In this document: positions 11,471 to 21,468 of the stretch, piece after piece
Position numbering within the stretch: the stretch's first letter is position 1
Layout: every line of letters starts with the position of its first letter
DNA from: Synechocystis sp. PCC 6803 substr. PCC-P
GTDB taxonomy: Bacteria; Cyanobacteriota; Cyanobacteriia; Cyanobacteriales; Microcystaceae
DNA: 32,000 bases
NCBI RefSeq assembly: GCF_000284455.1
Contig: NC_017039.1
Location: forward strand, 2,460,001-2,492,000
Direction of reading: 5' to 3'
Made by a program: the position numbers and the translations under genes
Notes under the pieces: generated by a model
The model's input: the letters and a program-made list of their open reading frames with translations, nothing else
What the model was told of the DNA's origin: nothing
Database searches by the model: none

Positions 11471-12622
11471 CTAGCGTAGAAGCAGGTAATAAATTTGGCC
11501 GTCGTCACTCATCAAACCGGCTCGATCGCCAGGAGTTTGGCCAGTGCCCATGAAAATATCCACCCGACCGGGGCCTTTGATGGCACTGCCGGTATCCTGA
11601 TCCACCACAAAACGACTAACGTTGACTTTTTGACCCTGACAATCGGGAATGGGAGCCGCTAAAACGGCGATCGCCCCTGGAGGCATAAGGAATTTATCGG
11701 TGGCAATGGAACGCTCGGCAGTAACTGGCACCCCAATACTGCCCTTGGCGGGGGTGCTGGCGGAGGTTTCCTTAAAGAAAATTAGACGATTATTGCGGGG
11801 GATAAAACGACTTAGTTCGCTGGGATTTTGCTCAAAATAGTCGATTAACTTAGGCAAAGTAACCTCCCCAGGCTGGAAAATTCCCTCTTGGATGGTTTCC
11901 TTCCCTAAACTTACGTAGGGATAATCCGTCGCTCCAGCAAAGGCCACGGAACTTTGGCCTCCCCCCACCCAGTTGATTTTGGCAGAACCCTGTACCTGGA
12001 TTAGATAGGCATCTAGACGATTACGGAACCAAGCAATTTCCCGTCCCTGTAACTGACTTGATTTGCCTAAACCATCCATACCTTCCAAGTCAGCCCTAGT
12101 GGGGTGGGGCTTAGACCAACGAGAAAAATTATTGGGCAAACCATAAATGGGATAACGATATTCGGCAGTGCGTTGACGACTGGCGGTATAAACTGGTTCA
12201 AAATAACCAGTGAAATGGACTGTGCCCTTGCCATCGTTACCGATCGCCTGATAAAACTGAAATTCCCTGGCAACAGCGGTCTGGAGAGCTTCGGGACTGG
12301 GAGACTGTTGCAACAAAGTTTTAAATCGCTGGAGGGAACGGGTTACCCGCTCTCTGGTCACCCCCGGTACAGAGTAATTTTGATAAGCTCGGGCGGCGCT
12401 AGCAGTTTTTAAATAGCTCAAGCTATGGTCGATCGCCCGGAGCAAAGATTGTTTATCTCCCGCTGAGCAATGGTTCCCCCACAACTGTTCATCAAAACCC
12501 ACCGTTGGCGTTAGATTTGCCCCCGTTACTGGCATTAATGGTCGCGACTGGGCCCTAAGACCACTGCCATGGAAGCCAAAAACCAACAGTAAAGCCAATA
12601 ACGGGAAAAATTGCTTAATCAT
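11471..12622 (-). CDS. mltA: Membrane-bound lytic murein transglycosylase A family (MltA, 3D domain)
   Basis: 383-aa ORF with a signal-like N-terminus, FTGYFEPVYTASR, AYLIQVQGSAKINW and the C-terminal 3D-type segment FVVDQDTGSAIKGPGRVDIFMGTG. Confidence 0.92.
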   Translation of the reverse strand: MIKQFFPLLALLLVFGFHGSGLRAQSRPLMPVTGANLTPTVGFDEQLWGNHCSAGDKQSLLRAIDHSLSYLKTASAARAYQNYSVPGVTRERVTRSLQRFKTLLQQSPSPEALQTAVAREFQFYQAIGNDGKGTVHFTGYFEPVYTASRQRTAEYRYPIYGLPNNFSRWSKPHPTRADLEGMDGLGKSSQLQGREIAWFRNRLDAYLIQVQGSAKINWVGGGQSSVAFAGATDYPYVSLGKETIQEGIFQPGEVTLPKLIDYFEQNPSELSRFIPRNNRLIFFKETSASTPAKGSIGVPVTAERSIATDKFLMPPGAIAVLAAPIPDCQGQKVNVSRFVVDQDTGSAIKGPGRVDIFMGTGQTPGDRAGLMSDDGQIYYLLLR

Positions 12623-13020
12623 TTATTGCTTTGTTGAAATTACCTACCGCTGACGAAAGTTAAGTTTACCTGCTCCGTCGGGAATAGGGGATGGGAAACC
12701 ACCAGCGCACAGACTAGCCCAGGGCCATATTTAGCTAAATACCATCATTAGGGACTTTTATTTATTAATTTTTAAGAAGAAAAATTGAGCGATTTTAATG
12801 GCTATGTCTGGGTATTTTTACCGAGATAAATTGTCCCAAAATCAAGAATGATAAGTTTATATAATGGTAGTCAAAACTATTTTAAAAATTTCCCCAAGTC
12901 TTGCTCCCTACCTAGATTACGTAAAAAATTAACTGTTTAGAAGCGTTTTTATACCTAGAGTCTAAATTGAGTGAACTAAGAATCTCTGTTAATCTGGAGG
13001 CAGTTTCAAGGGACAATTCA

Positions 13021-13674
13021 ATGGTTACACTAGATAAAACTGCAACAAAAATCATTAAACTAAACTCCGGAGCAATCCCTGCCATTCAATCCGTCTTGGA
13101 GCAGGAAGCAATGGTCTTATTAGGTTTAGCCACTACCTATGTGCTAGTAGTCAATGGTGCTAGTCCCAGGGCAGTAGCCCAGTTGCGAGCCTTTAAGCAA
13201 TTTGACAAAGACCAACCCCTAGGCATTCTCACCCGTGGCGATCGGGCCATGGATGTGGCAAAAATTCCCCCCGCCGCTAAAAAATTGATGGGTCTTTTTC
13301 CTTTGCCCATAACCCTCATTGTGGAAGCCCTGCCCAAATTAGACCCAGGTATTACCCAGGGCTTTCGGAATATTTTTATTGCCTGTCCCGATGCTTTTGT
13401 TTTCGATTTAGTGGGAGCAATGCCTTTTCCCTTGGTTTGTGCCACGGCTAAGGTAGGGGGAGAACCGGTGACTAGTTTTGAGGCGGCTAGTCGTTATTTC
13501 GAAGGGCAGGTGCCTTTAATTGGCGATGGTGGTCGATGCCGTTACGCCCGCCGGGGAACATTGATTGACTGTACTTTGCCGTTGCCCACCATTATGAATT
13601 TTGGTCCCATTTCCTTTGACGACCTGCGCCCCCTGATACCTGAAATCATTTTGCCTTCCCATCTGATGAAATAA
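13021..13674 (+). CDS. Sua5/YciO/YrdC-family protein (slr0006-like)
   Basis: ORF in the track starts at TTG 12967; ATG 13021 in the same frame (MVTLDKTATKIIKLNSGAIPAIQSVLEQ) is the more likely start. The protein has YciO/YrdC-like segments (QPLGILTRGDRAMDVAKIPP, IPLIGDGGRCRYARRGTLIDCT). Position next to mltA and upstream of the nucleotidyltransferase matches the slr0006 locus as I recall it. Confidence 0.8.
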   Translation: MVTLDKTATKIIKLNSGAIPAIQSVLEQEAMVLLGLATTYVLVVNGASPRAVAQLRAFKQFDKDQPLGILTRGDRAMDVAKIPPAAKKLMGLFPLPITLIVEALPKLDPGITQGFRNIFIACPDAFVFDLVGAMPFPLVCATAKVGGEPVTSFEAASRYFEGQVPLIGDGGRCRYARRGTLIDCTLPLPTIMNFGPISFDDLRPLIPEIILPSHLMK

Positions 13675-13845
13675 TTTTCCTTTACGCTGTTGTTTTGTCT
13701 GAAGTTCGGTGAATGGGTCAGAAATTGTTGGGGAGTATTTTACAAACCTAGTTTGGATAAAATTGTTGAGCTTATAAGGAATTGAATAGACAATCTGGTT
13801 TGGCTATTTTGCTTCAATTTCCCTAGTTTCTACTTTTTCAACTCT

Positions 13846-14607
13846 ATGGCTCTTTCCCCCGCAGACGTTACCGTGGTCATTTTGGCTGGGGGCTTTGGCA
13901 CCCGCATTAAGCAACAGTTACCAGATTTGCCTAAACCCTTAGCTCCCGTGGCGGGCCAACCTTTTTTAGATTGGCAATTGCGCTATCTACAACAGCAGGG
14001 TTTTCGGCGATCGCTCCTTTCTACGGGTTATCTGGCAGAAAAAGTGGCGGCCTATGCTCAAGATGCCGATATTGTTGACATGGCGATCGCCTGTGTGGCG
14101 GAAATGGAACCGTTGGGAACAGCGGGGGGATTTGTCAATGCGGTTAATCACCATGGTTTTAGAGAACTAACACCGGCTTGGCTCGTGCTTAACGGCGACT
14201 CGTTAATTGTGACGGATTATCGGGTTCTGTTGGCGGAGTTAGAGGATGACAGCGTTGATGGGGTAATTTTGGGCGTTCATGTGCCCGATGCTTCCCGTTT
14301 TGGCTCCTTAAAGGTTAATAGTCAAGGGGAATTGCTACAATTTGCAGAAAAGCAAGCCGGAGCCGGCGTGATTAATAGTGGGGTTTATCTCCTTGGCGAT
14401 CGCCTGTTGGCCCGGTTTCCCGCCCACAGACCCTTAAGTTTTGAGTATGATGTGTTCCCCACATTGTTGGCCCAGGGAGCCAAAATCAAAGTCCATGCTG
14501 TGGAAGCTCCCTTTTTAGATATTGGCACCCCGGAAACATTAGCCCAGGCGGGGGAATTTATCCAATCCCTCGGTACGTTGAACCGAATTCAAGACCTAGA
14601 CAAATAG
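13846..14607 (+). CDS. Sugar-phosphate nucleotidyltransferase (NTP transferase family, HddC-like)
   Basis: 253-aa ORF with VVILAGGFGTRIKQQLPDLPKPLAPVAGQPFLDWQLRYL, LVLNGDSLIV, INSGVYLLGDRLLARFP and FLDIGTPETLAQA. Confidence 0.92.
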   Translation: MALSPADVTVVILAGGFGTRIKQQLPDLPKPLAPVAGQPFLDWQLRYLQQQGFRRSLLSTGYLAEKVAAYAQDADIVDMAIACVAEMEPLGTAGGFVNAVNHHGFRELTPAWLVLNGDSLIVTDYRVLLAELEDDSVDGVILGVHVPDASRFGSLKVNSQGELLQFAEKQAGAGVINSGVYLLGDRLLARFPAHRPLSFEYDVFPTLLAQGAKIKVHAVEAPFLDIGTPETLAQAGEFIQSLGTLNRIQDLDK

Positions 14608-14678
14608 CTTAAAATGAGAAGCTAACTGAGAAATTAACTAAGTTTTGTAAATTTTGGTTTGCGGGGGCGAGCGTCACG

Positions 14679-15962
14679 ATGGGTAAACGGACAAGGCGGT
14701 TTTGGGCTTTAGCTTTTTCTTTGCTGATGGGGGCCCTGATTTATCTGGGCAATACACCGTCGGCCTTGGCTTTCACCGAGGAACAAAAGCTACTGTTGCA
14801 ATCCTGGCGTTTGGTCAACCAATCCTATCTCGATGAAACCTTTAACCATCAAAATTGGTGGCTGTTGCGGGAGAAGTACGTTAAACGTCCCCTCCGGAAC
14901 CGGGAAGAAACCTACACGGCGATCGAAGAAATGCTCGCTACCCTGGATGAACCCTTTACCCGCTTACTGCGTCCGGAACAGTACGGCAATCTCCAGGTGA
15001 CCACCACTGGTGAGCTATCGGGGGTAGGTCTGCAAATCAACATCAACCCTGAAACCAACCAGTTAGAAATTATGGCCCCCCTGGCCGGTTCCCCTGCGGA
15101 GGAGGCCGGGCTGCAACCCCATGACCAAATTTTGGCGATCGACGGTGTAGATACCCAAACCCTGAGCTTAGACGAAGCAGCGGCCAGAATGCGGGGCCCA
15201 AAAAACACCAAAGTTTCCCTGGAAATTCTGTCAGCGGGCACCGAAGTACCCCAAGAATTTACCCTGACTCGGCAGTTAATTTCCCTCAGTCCGGTGGCGG
15301 CCCAATTGGACGATTCCCGCCCAGGTCAATCGGTGGGTTACATTCGCCTCAGTCAATTTAGTGCCAATGCCTATAAAGAAGTAGCCCACGCTCTGCATCA
15401 ACTTGAGGAACAGGGGGCCGACGGTTATATCTTGGATTTGCGTAACAACCCCGGTGGCTTACTCCAGGCTGGTATTGACATTGCTCGGTTGTGGTTACCG
15501 GAAAGCACCATTGTCTACACCGTTAATCGCCAAGGCACCCAGGAAAGTTTCACTGCCAATGGAGAAGCGGCGACCGATCGCCCGTTGGTGGTGTTGGTCA
15601 ACCAGGGTACTGCCAGTGCCAGCGAAATTTTAGCCGGAGCTTTGCAGGATAATCAGCGGGCCACTCTAGTGGGGGAAAAAACCTTTGGTAAGGGTTTGAT
15701 TCAATCCTTGTTTGAACTATCCGATGGGGCCGGCATTGCCGTCACGGTGGCCAAATACGAAACCCCCCAACATCACGACATCCATAAACTGGGCATTATG
15801 CCCGATGAAGTGGTGGAGCAACCCCTGATTAGCTTTGCGGAAATTACTTCCCCCGCCGATGTGCAATACCAAGCCGCCTTAGATTTGCTCACCGGAGGAG
15901 TGGCAATCGCCCATAAATCTTCTTCAATTCCCGCCATGGCAACGGCTCACAAGCCCAACTAA
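14679..15962 (+). CDS. ctpA: Carboxyl-terminal processing protease (D1 precursor processing), S41 family with PDZ domain
   Basis: 427-aa ORF with a signal peptide (MGKRTRRFWALAFSLLMGALIYLGNTPSALA), a PDZ domain (GVGLQININ...APLAGSPAEEAGLQPHDQILAIDG) and catalytic motifs GTASASEILAGALQD and GEKTFGKGLIQ. Confidence 0.97.
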   Translation: MGKRTRRFWALAFSLLMGALIYLGNTPSALAFTEEQKLLLQSWRLVNQSYLDETFNHQNWWLLREKYVKRPLRNREETYTAIEEMLATLDEPFTRLLRPEQYGNLQVTTTGELSGVGLQININPETNQLEIMAPLAGSPAEEAGLQPHDQILAIDGVDTQTLSLDEAAARMRGPKNTKVSLEILSAGTEVPQEFTLTRQLISLSPVAAQLDDSRPGQSVGYIRLSQFSANAYKEVAHALHQLEEQGADGYILDLRNNPGGLLQAGIDIARLWLPESTIVYTVNRQGTQESFTANGEAATDRPLVVLVNQGTASASEILAGALQDNQRATLVGEKTFGKGLIQSLFELSDGAGIAVTVAKYETPQHHDIHKLGIMPDEVVEQPLISFAEITSPADVQYQAALDLLTGGVAIAHKSSSIPAMATAHKPN

Positions 15963-16239
15963 TCACCATTTGGACAAAACATCAGGAATTCTAATTAGAA
16001 AGTCCAAAAATTGTAATTTAAAAAACAGTCAATGGAGAGCATTGCCATAAGTAAAGGCATCCCCTGCGTGATAAGATTACCTTCAGAAAACAGATAGTTG
16101 CTGGGTTATCGCAGATTTTTCTCGCAACCAAATAACTGTAAATAATAACTGTCTCTGGGGCGACGGTAGGCTTTATATTGCCAAATTTCGCCCGTGGGAG
16201 AAAGCTAGGCTATTCAATGTTTATGGAGGACTGACCTAG

Positions 16240-17652
16240 ATGGTACAAGCCAAAGCAGGGTTTAAGGCGGGCGTACAAGATTATCGCCTGACCTACTATA
16301 CCCCCGACTACACCCCCAAGGATACCGACCTGCTCGCCTGCTTCCGTATGACCCCCCAACCGGGTGTACCTGCTGAAGAAGCCGCTGCTGCGGTGGCCGC
16401 TGAGTCTTCCACCGGTACCTGGACCACCGTTTGGACTGACAACCTAACTGACTTGGACCGCTACAAAGGTCGTTGCTATGACCTGGAAGCTGTTCCCAAC
16501 GAAGATAACCAATATTTTGCTTTTATTGCCTATCCTCTAGATTTATTTGAAGAAGGTTCCGTCACCAACGTTTTAACCTCTTTGGTCGGTAACGTATTTG
16601 GTTTTAAGGCTCTGCGGGCCCTCCGTTTAGAAGATATTCGTTTTCCCGTTGCTTTAATTAAAACCTTCCAAGGCCCTCCCCACGGTATTACCGTTGAGCG
16701 GGACAAATTAAACAAATACGGTCGTCCTCTGCTTGGTTGTACCATCAAACCCAAACTTGGTCTGTCCGCCAAGAACTACGGTCGGGCTGTTTACGAATGT
16801 CTCCGGGGTGGTTTGGACTTCACCAAAGACGACGAAAACATCAACTCCCAGCCCTTCATGCGTTGGCGCGATCGTTTCCTCTTCGTTCAAGAGGCGATCG
16901 AAAAAGCCCAGGCTGAGACCAACGAAATGAAAGGTCACTACCTGAACGTCACCGCTGGCACCTGCGAAGAAATGATGAAACGGGCCGAGTTTGCCAAGGA
17001 AATTGGCACCCCCATCATCATGCATGACTTCTTCACCGGCGGTTTCACTGCCAACACCACCCTCGCTCGTTGGTGTCGGGACAACGGCATTTTGCTCCAT
17101 ATTCACCGGGCAATGCACGCCGTAGTTGACCGTCAGAAAAACCACGGGATCCACTTCCGGGTTTTGGCCAAGTGTCTGCGTCTGTCCGGCGGTGACCACC
17201 TCCACTCCGGTACCGTGGTTGGTAAATTGGAAGGGGAACGGGGTATCACCATGGGCTTCGTTGACCTCATGCGCGAAGATTACGTTGAGGAAGATCGCTC
17301 CCGGGGTATTTTCTTCACCCAAGACTATGCCTCCATGCCTGGCACCATGCCCGTAGCTTCCGGTGGTATCCACGTATGGCACATGCCCGCGTTGGTGGAA
17401 ATCTTCGGTGATGATTCCTGCTTACAGTTTGGTGGTGGTACTTTGGGTCACCCCTGGGGTAATGCTCCCGGTGCAACCGCTAACCGTGTTGCTTTGGAAG
17501 CTTGTGTTCAAGCTCGGAACGAAGGTCGTAACCTGGCTCGCGAAGGTAATGACGTTATCCGGGAAGCCTGTCGTTGGTCCCCTGAGTTGGCCGCCGCCTG
17601 CGAACTCTGGAAAGAGATCAAGTTTGAGTTCGAGGCCATGGATACCCTCTAA
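16240..17652 (+). CDS. rbcL: Ribulose-1,5-bisphosphate carboxylase/oxygenase large subunit (form IB)
   Basis: 470-aa ORF with [58 protein letters not shown] and [26 protein letters not shown] lies about 10 nt upstream of the ATG. Confidence 0.99.
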   Translation: MVQAKAGFKAGVQDYRLTYYTPDYTPKDTDLLACFRMTPQPGVPAEEAAAAVAAESSTGTWTTVWTDNLTDLDRYKGRCYDLEAVPNEDNQYFAFIAYPLDLFEEGSVTNVLTSLVGNVFGFKALRALRLEDIRFPVALIKTFQGPPHGITVERDKLNKYGRPLLGCTIKPKLGLSAKNYGRAVYECLRGGLDFTKDDENINSQPFMRWRDRFLFVQEAIEKAQAETNEMKGHYLNVTAGTCEEMMKRAEFAKEIGTPIIMHDFFTGGFTANTTLARWCRDNGILLHIHRAMHAVVDRQKNHGIHFRVLAKCLRLSGGDHLHSGTVVGKLEGERGITMGFVDLMREDYVEEDRSRGIFFTQDYASMPGTMPVASGGIHVWHMPALVEIFGDDSCLQFGGGTLGHPWGNAPGATANRVALEACVQARNEGRNLAREGNDVIREACRWSPELAAACELWKEIKFEFEAMDTL

Positions 17653-17859
17653 ACCGGTGTTTGGATTGTCGGAGTTGTACTCGTCCGTTAAGGATGAACA
17701 GTTCTTCGGGGTTGAGTCTGCTAACTAATTAGCCATTAACAGCGGCTTAACTAACAGTTAGTCATTGGCAATTGTCAAAAAATTGTTAATCAGCCAAAAC
17801 CCACTGCTTACTGATGTTCAACTTCGACAGCAATTTACCAATTACCGGGTAGAGTGTTC

Positions 17860-18270
17860 ATGCAAACTAAGCACATAGCTCAGGCAACAGTGAAAGTACT
17901 GCAAAGTTACCTCACCTACCAAGCCGTTCTCAGGATCCAGAGTGAACTCGGGGAAACCAACCCTCCCCAGGCCATTTGGTTAAACCAGTATTTAGCCAGT
18001 CACAGTATTCAAAATGGAGAAACGTTTTTGACGGAACTCCTGGATGAAAATAAAGAACTGGTACTCAGGATCCTGGCGGTAAGGGAAGACATTGCCGAAT
18101 CAGTGTTAGATTTTTTGCCCGGTATGACCCGGAATAGCTTAGCGGAATCTAACATCGCCCACCGCCGCCATTTGCTTGAACGTCTGACCCGTACCGTAGC
18201 CGAAGTCGATAATTTCCCTTCGGAAACCTCCAACGGAGAATCAAACAACAACGATTCTCCCCCGTCCTAA
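17860..18270 (+). CDS. rbcX: RuBisCO assembly chaperone RbcX
   Basis: Lies between rbcL and rbcS. MQTKHIAQATVKVLQSYLTYQAVLRIQSELGETNPPQAIWLNQYLASHSIQNGETFLTELLDENKELVLRILAVREDIAESVLDFLPGM. The track begins at in-frame GTG 17854; ATG 17860 is preferred. Confidence 0.97.
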   Translation: MQTKHIAQATVKVLQSYLTYQAVLRIQSELGETNPPQAIWLNQYLASHSIQNGETFLTELLDENKELVLRILAVREDIAESVLDFLPGMTRNSLAESNIAHRRHLLERLTRTVAEVDNFPSETSNGESNNNDSPPS

Positions 18271-18302
18271 CGTAGTCATCAGCAAGGAAAACTTTTAAAT
18301 CG

Positions 18303-18644
18303 ATGAAAACTTTACCCAAAGAGCGCCGCTACGAAACCCTTTCTTACCTGCCCCCTTTAACCGATCAACAGATTGCTAAACAGGTTGAGTTTCTGTTAGA
18401 CCAGGGCTTTATTCCCGGCGTGGAATTTGAAGAAGACCCCCAACCCGAAACCCACTTCTGGACCATGTGGAAACTGCCCTTCTTTGGTGGTGCCACTGCC
18501 AACGAAGTTCTAGCCGAAGTACGGGAATGTCGTTCTGAGAATCCCAACTGCTACATTCGGGTGATTGGTTTCGACAATATCAAACAGTGCCAGACTGTAA
18601 GCTTTATTGTCCACAAACCCAACCAAAACCAAGGCCGTTACTAA
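18303..18644 (+). CDS. rbcS: Ribulose-1,5-bisphosphate carboxylase/oxygenase small subunit
   Basis: 113-aa ORF: [45 protein letters not shown]...[12 protein letters not shown]...[24 protein letters not shown]. Confidence 0.99.
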   Translation: MKTLPKERRYETLSYLPPLTDQQIAKQVEFLLDQGFIPGVEFEEDPQPETHFWTMWKLPFFGGATANEVLAEVRECRSENPNCYIRVIGFDNIKQCQTVSFIVHKPNQNQGRY

Positions 18645-18690
18645 GTTACAGTTTTGGCAATTACTAAAAAACTGACTTCAATTCAATGTT

Positions 18691-18712
18691 AGCCCGCTCC
18701 CGCGGGTTTTTT
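18691..18712 (+). terminator. Rho-independent terminator of the rbcLXS transcript
   Basis: AGCCCGC-TCCC-GCGGGTTTTTT: 5-bp perfect GC stem extendable by G.U and A-U, followed by a run of 6 T, 47 nt downstream of the rbcS stop. Confidence 0.88.
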
Positions 18713-19186
18713 GTTGCTTTTTCACAGTGACTATAGGTAATCAGCAACACAATACGGCCCTGTTCTTTGGACAGTTTTTGTATAATGTTGACCGCATCCT
18801 GACCGGATTTTTTATCTAAGTGGGGAATTGTCAATTGTCAATTAAAGCTAAGTTCTACTAATGTTTTAGAAGGCATTGTCGATTGAAAATAAGGGTTGAA
18901 TGGAGAAAATTTTGAGCCTTTGTCAAAGATAAAAATTTATTTCAACAGTTTTTTAACTAGCCGAACCAGAGAATGACCCAGTGGCGCTGACTTTGCTCCC
19001 GAGTTTTTGTTAGAAATTACCCTCAAGAAGTAATCTAATAATAAACCTAACCGAATAATTTCCCAGGGGAGTATTCCGGAAAACCATGGTTAAACTTACT
19101 TGCCATCCCCCATGGTAAAATTGCAACGATTTTGATCAAAGTCCTAATTTTTTTGTAAAGCTTTTAGTAATCCTTCTGATTTTCCC

Positions 19187-19714
19187 ATGAAGCTCATCGA
19201 TTCCCGTGGCAGAATTTTCGGCATAGTCAGCCTGTTGGATCTGGGGGCCGCCTTGATCATCCTCATGGTAGCTGTGGGAATTTTCGTTCTGCCGGGCAGT
19301 TCTGGCAAAAGCATTCTTGCCCAAGCCAACGCCGCTTCCATTGAATTGACGACCATTGTCCGGGGATTAAACGTATTAGATCCCCAGGTGGTGCTGGATG
19401 AGTTTAAAGCCGAAAAAACCAACATCATTATTCGCAATCAACCGGCTGGCCAGGTGGAGGTAGTGAATGTGCAGGAACTCCCTCGCAATTTAGCAGTGCC
19501 CCAGCCTGATGGTTCCGTCAAATCTCTGCCGGATCCTCGGCCAGAGTCTAATTACAGCCGGGATATGCTCCTGACCCTCAAAGGTAGGGGGGATTTCACC
19601 TCCACCGGCATGGTTTTAGGGGGACAAAAGGTGAAAATTGGCACGGTTTTAGAATTAGAAGGCAAAAACTATAACTTCAATGCCAGTGTGGTGGGCATCA
19701 ATCAACCAAAGTGA
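19187..19714 (+). CDS. Conserved cyanobacterial DUF4330-like protein
   Basis: 175-aa ORF with an N-terminal transmembrane segment: MKLIDSRGRIFGIVSLLDLGAALIILMVAVGIFVLPG. Assignment to DUF4330 is from recall of the MKLIDSRGRLFGK.NLLD.. start pattern. Confidence 0.7.
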   Translation: MKLIDSRGRIFGIVSLLDLGAALIILMVAVGIFVLPGSSGKSILAQANAASIELTTIVRGLNVLDPQVVLDEFKAEKTNIIIRNQPAGQVEVVNVQELPRNLAVPQPDGSVKSLPDPRPESNYSRDMLLTLKGRGDFTSTGMVLGGQKVKIGTVLELEGKNYNFNASVVGINQPK

Positions 19715-19809
19715 CCAAAGTATTAGATTAGTCCGGCCCCCGAGAATTGCTGTTGGCTGCCCAAAGTTTTGCTGTACCCTGGGTAAGGCTGACAGATTTG
19801 GAAAAGGTA

Positions 19810-20514
19810 ATGGAATGGAACGAGAGTCTTCTCCGGCTCACTGTTGCTTTTGTACTGGGATCGACCCTGGGCATTGAACGGCAGTGGCGCCAACGGATGG
19901 CGGGCTTGCGTACTAATACCTTGGTGGCCATTGGAGCTGCATTGTTTGTGATTGTTTCTGTCCTCACCAATCATGACAGCAGTCCCACCCGAATTCCTGC
20001 CCAAATTGTCTCCGGCATTGGTTTTCTGGCGGGGGGAGTAATTCTCAAGGAAGGCTTAACTGTTAAGGGGCTAAATACGGCGGCGACCCTCTGGTGTTCA
20101 GCGGCGGTGGGCACCCTCTGTGGTCAAGGGCTGTTTTCTGAGGCTGTGCTTGGCTCGATGATGGTTTTGGTGGCCAACATTGCCCTGCGGCCTCTGAGCA
20201 CGTTTATTAACCACCAACCCATGCATAGCACTGAATTGGAGTGCCATTATCTTTGTCACTTGGTATGTCGGGGGGATGAGGAGGCGAATGTGCGACGCAT
20301 TTTGCTTGATTCCTTAGCGGAAATAAAGAATATTAAATTACGGTCTTTGCGGAGCCATGATTTAGATGAGTTTAACCATTTTGTTGAAGTGGAAGCGGCA
20401 ATAATTTGCACAGCCCGCAAGGATAAATTTCTAGAAGCGGTAATTAGTAAACTGAGTTTAAATCCCTCAGTTAAATCTGTCAGTTGGCAAGCGCTAGAAC
20501 AGGAATCGGGTTAA
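19810..20514 (+). CDS. MgtC/SapB family protein
   Basis: MEWNESLLRLTVAFVLGSTLGIERQWRQRMAGLRTNTLVAIGAALFVIVSV...IPAQIVSGIGFLAGGVILKEG..VKGLNTAATLWCSAAVGTLCGQG, which are MgtC signature motifs. The track starts at TTG 19747; ATG 19810 in the same frame fits the family better. Confidence 0.93.
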   Translation: MEWNESLLRLTVAFVLGSTLGIERQWRQRMAGLRTNTLVAIGAALFVIVSVLTNHDSSPTRIPAQIVSGIGFLAGGVILKEGLTVKGLNTAATLWCSAAVGTLCGQGLFSEAVLGSMMVLVANIALRPLSTFINHQPMHSTELECHYLCHLVCRGDEEANVRRILLDSLAEIKNIKLRSLRSHDLDEFNHFVEVEAAIICTARKDKFLEAVISKLSLNPSVKSVSWQALEQESG

Positions 20515-20550
20515 ATTTAGATTATTTTTGCTTGATAAATTTTCTCCTAA

Positions 20551-21421
20551 GAAAGTGTTTGAAAAGTTTTAAGCAAGCCTTTGAAGCATGAGATGAACCA
20601 TGGCAACATAGAGCATGGTCTCACTGGTGGTAGGTAAATATTCATAATCCTTGCTTAAACGACGATAGCGACCAAACCAAGCAAAGGTGCGCTCGACTAC
20701 CCAACGGCGGGGTAAGACTTCAAAACCTTTTTGTCCCTGCTTTTTGCTGACGACATTCAAATTCCAACCAAAAGTATGCTCCACCCAATAGATAAAATCC
20801 TTTCCGCCAAAGGTGCTATCAGTCCATATAACTTGCAGGCACTGCCAAAGGGGAGCAAACCAGGTAGCAAGTAGAATCAGACCCTGATGGTCGGAGCGAT
20901 GGGCACCATGGACGACAACATCGAGAAGTAATCCCATGGTATCCACGAGGATTGTACGTTTACGACCATTGACCTTTTTTCCGCCGTCATAGCCAGTTTC
21001 TTGGCCAGTTCCAGCCTTTTTAAGTGACTGTGAATCTAAACAACCGGCACTAGGGTGAGTATTTCTTCCAGCTTTGAGCCGAACTTTCTCACGGAAGATA
21101 CGGTTTAATTTTTTCCAGGTACCATCTTCGTGCCATGGCTGGAAATAACCATAGACCGTTCGCCATTTAGGAAAATCATGGGGCAGAAGTCGCCAGGCAC
21201 ACCCCGTTCTGAGCATGTAAAAAATAGCATTGAGTATCTCCCGCAGACTAGTTTTCCGTTTTCTTCCCCCAGTTTTTGCTTTGGGTAAATGAGGTTCTAC
21301 CAATTGCCACTGGCTATCTGTGATGTCCGTGCTGTAAAATTCTCGAATTATCATTAATTATGGTGAAAATTTTATTCTTTTCACCATTTTCCATTCTTCA
21401 CCCTACTTTTCAAACACGCTC
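20551..21421 (-). mobile_element. Complete IS5-family-like insertion sequence, 871 bp
   Basis: Imperfect terminal inverted repeats GAAAGTGTTTGAAAAGT (left) and GAGCGTGTTTGAAAAGT (reverse complement of right), with 15/17 identical positions. Flanked by the 3-bp direct repeat TAA (20548-20550 and 21422-21424). Contains a full-length transposase ORF. Confidence 0.92.
20569..21354 (-). CDS. IS5-family transposase (IS1031/IS5 type)
   Basis: 261-aa intact ORF with LTDSQW-like ITDSQWQLVEPHLP, ILNAIFYMLRTGCAWRLLPHDFPKWRTVY, CLDSQSLKKA, GGKKVNGRKRTILVDTMGLLLDVVVH and RRWVVERTFAWFGRYRRLSKDYE. Confidence 0.95.
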   Translation of the reverse strand: MIIREFYSTDITDSQWQLVEPHLPKAKTGGRKRKTSLREILNAIFYMLRTGCAWRLLPHDFPKWRTVYGYFQPWHEDGTWKKLNRIFREKVRLKAGRNTHPSAGCLDSQSLKKAGTGQETGYDGGKKVNGRKRTILVDTMGLLLDVVVHGAHRSDHQGLILLATWFAPLWQCLQVIWTDSTFGGKDFIYWVEHTFGWNLNVVSKKQGQKGFEVLPRRWVVERTFAWFGRYRRLSKDYEYLPTTSETMLYVAMVHLMLQRLA

Positions 21422-21468
21422 TAAGCCATAAATTTATCCTCAACAAATCCTAATAACAAAATTTATTT

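Noticed and set aside
16708-17382. 224-aa ORF antisense to rbcL
   Set aside because: It lies entirely within rbcL on the opposite strand and shows no recognisable domain. Long antisense frames are expected from the codon bias of highly expressed genes.
18831-18850. Short tandem AATTGTCAATTGTCAATT upstream of the DUF4330-like gene
   Set aside because: Only two to three units of a 7-bp AT-rich motif. It could be chance and there is no clear link to a promoter or regulator.
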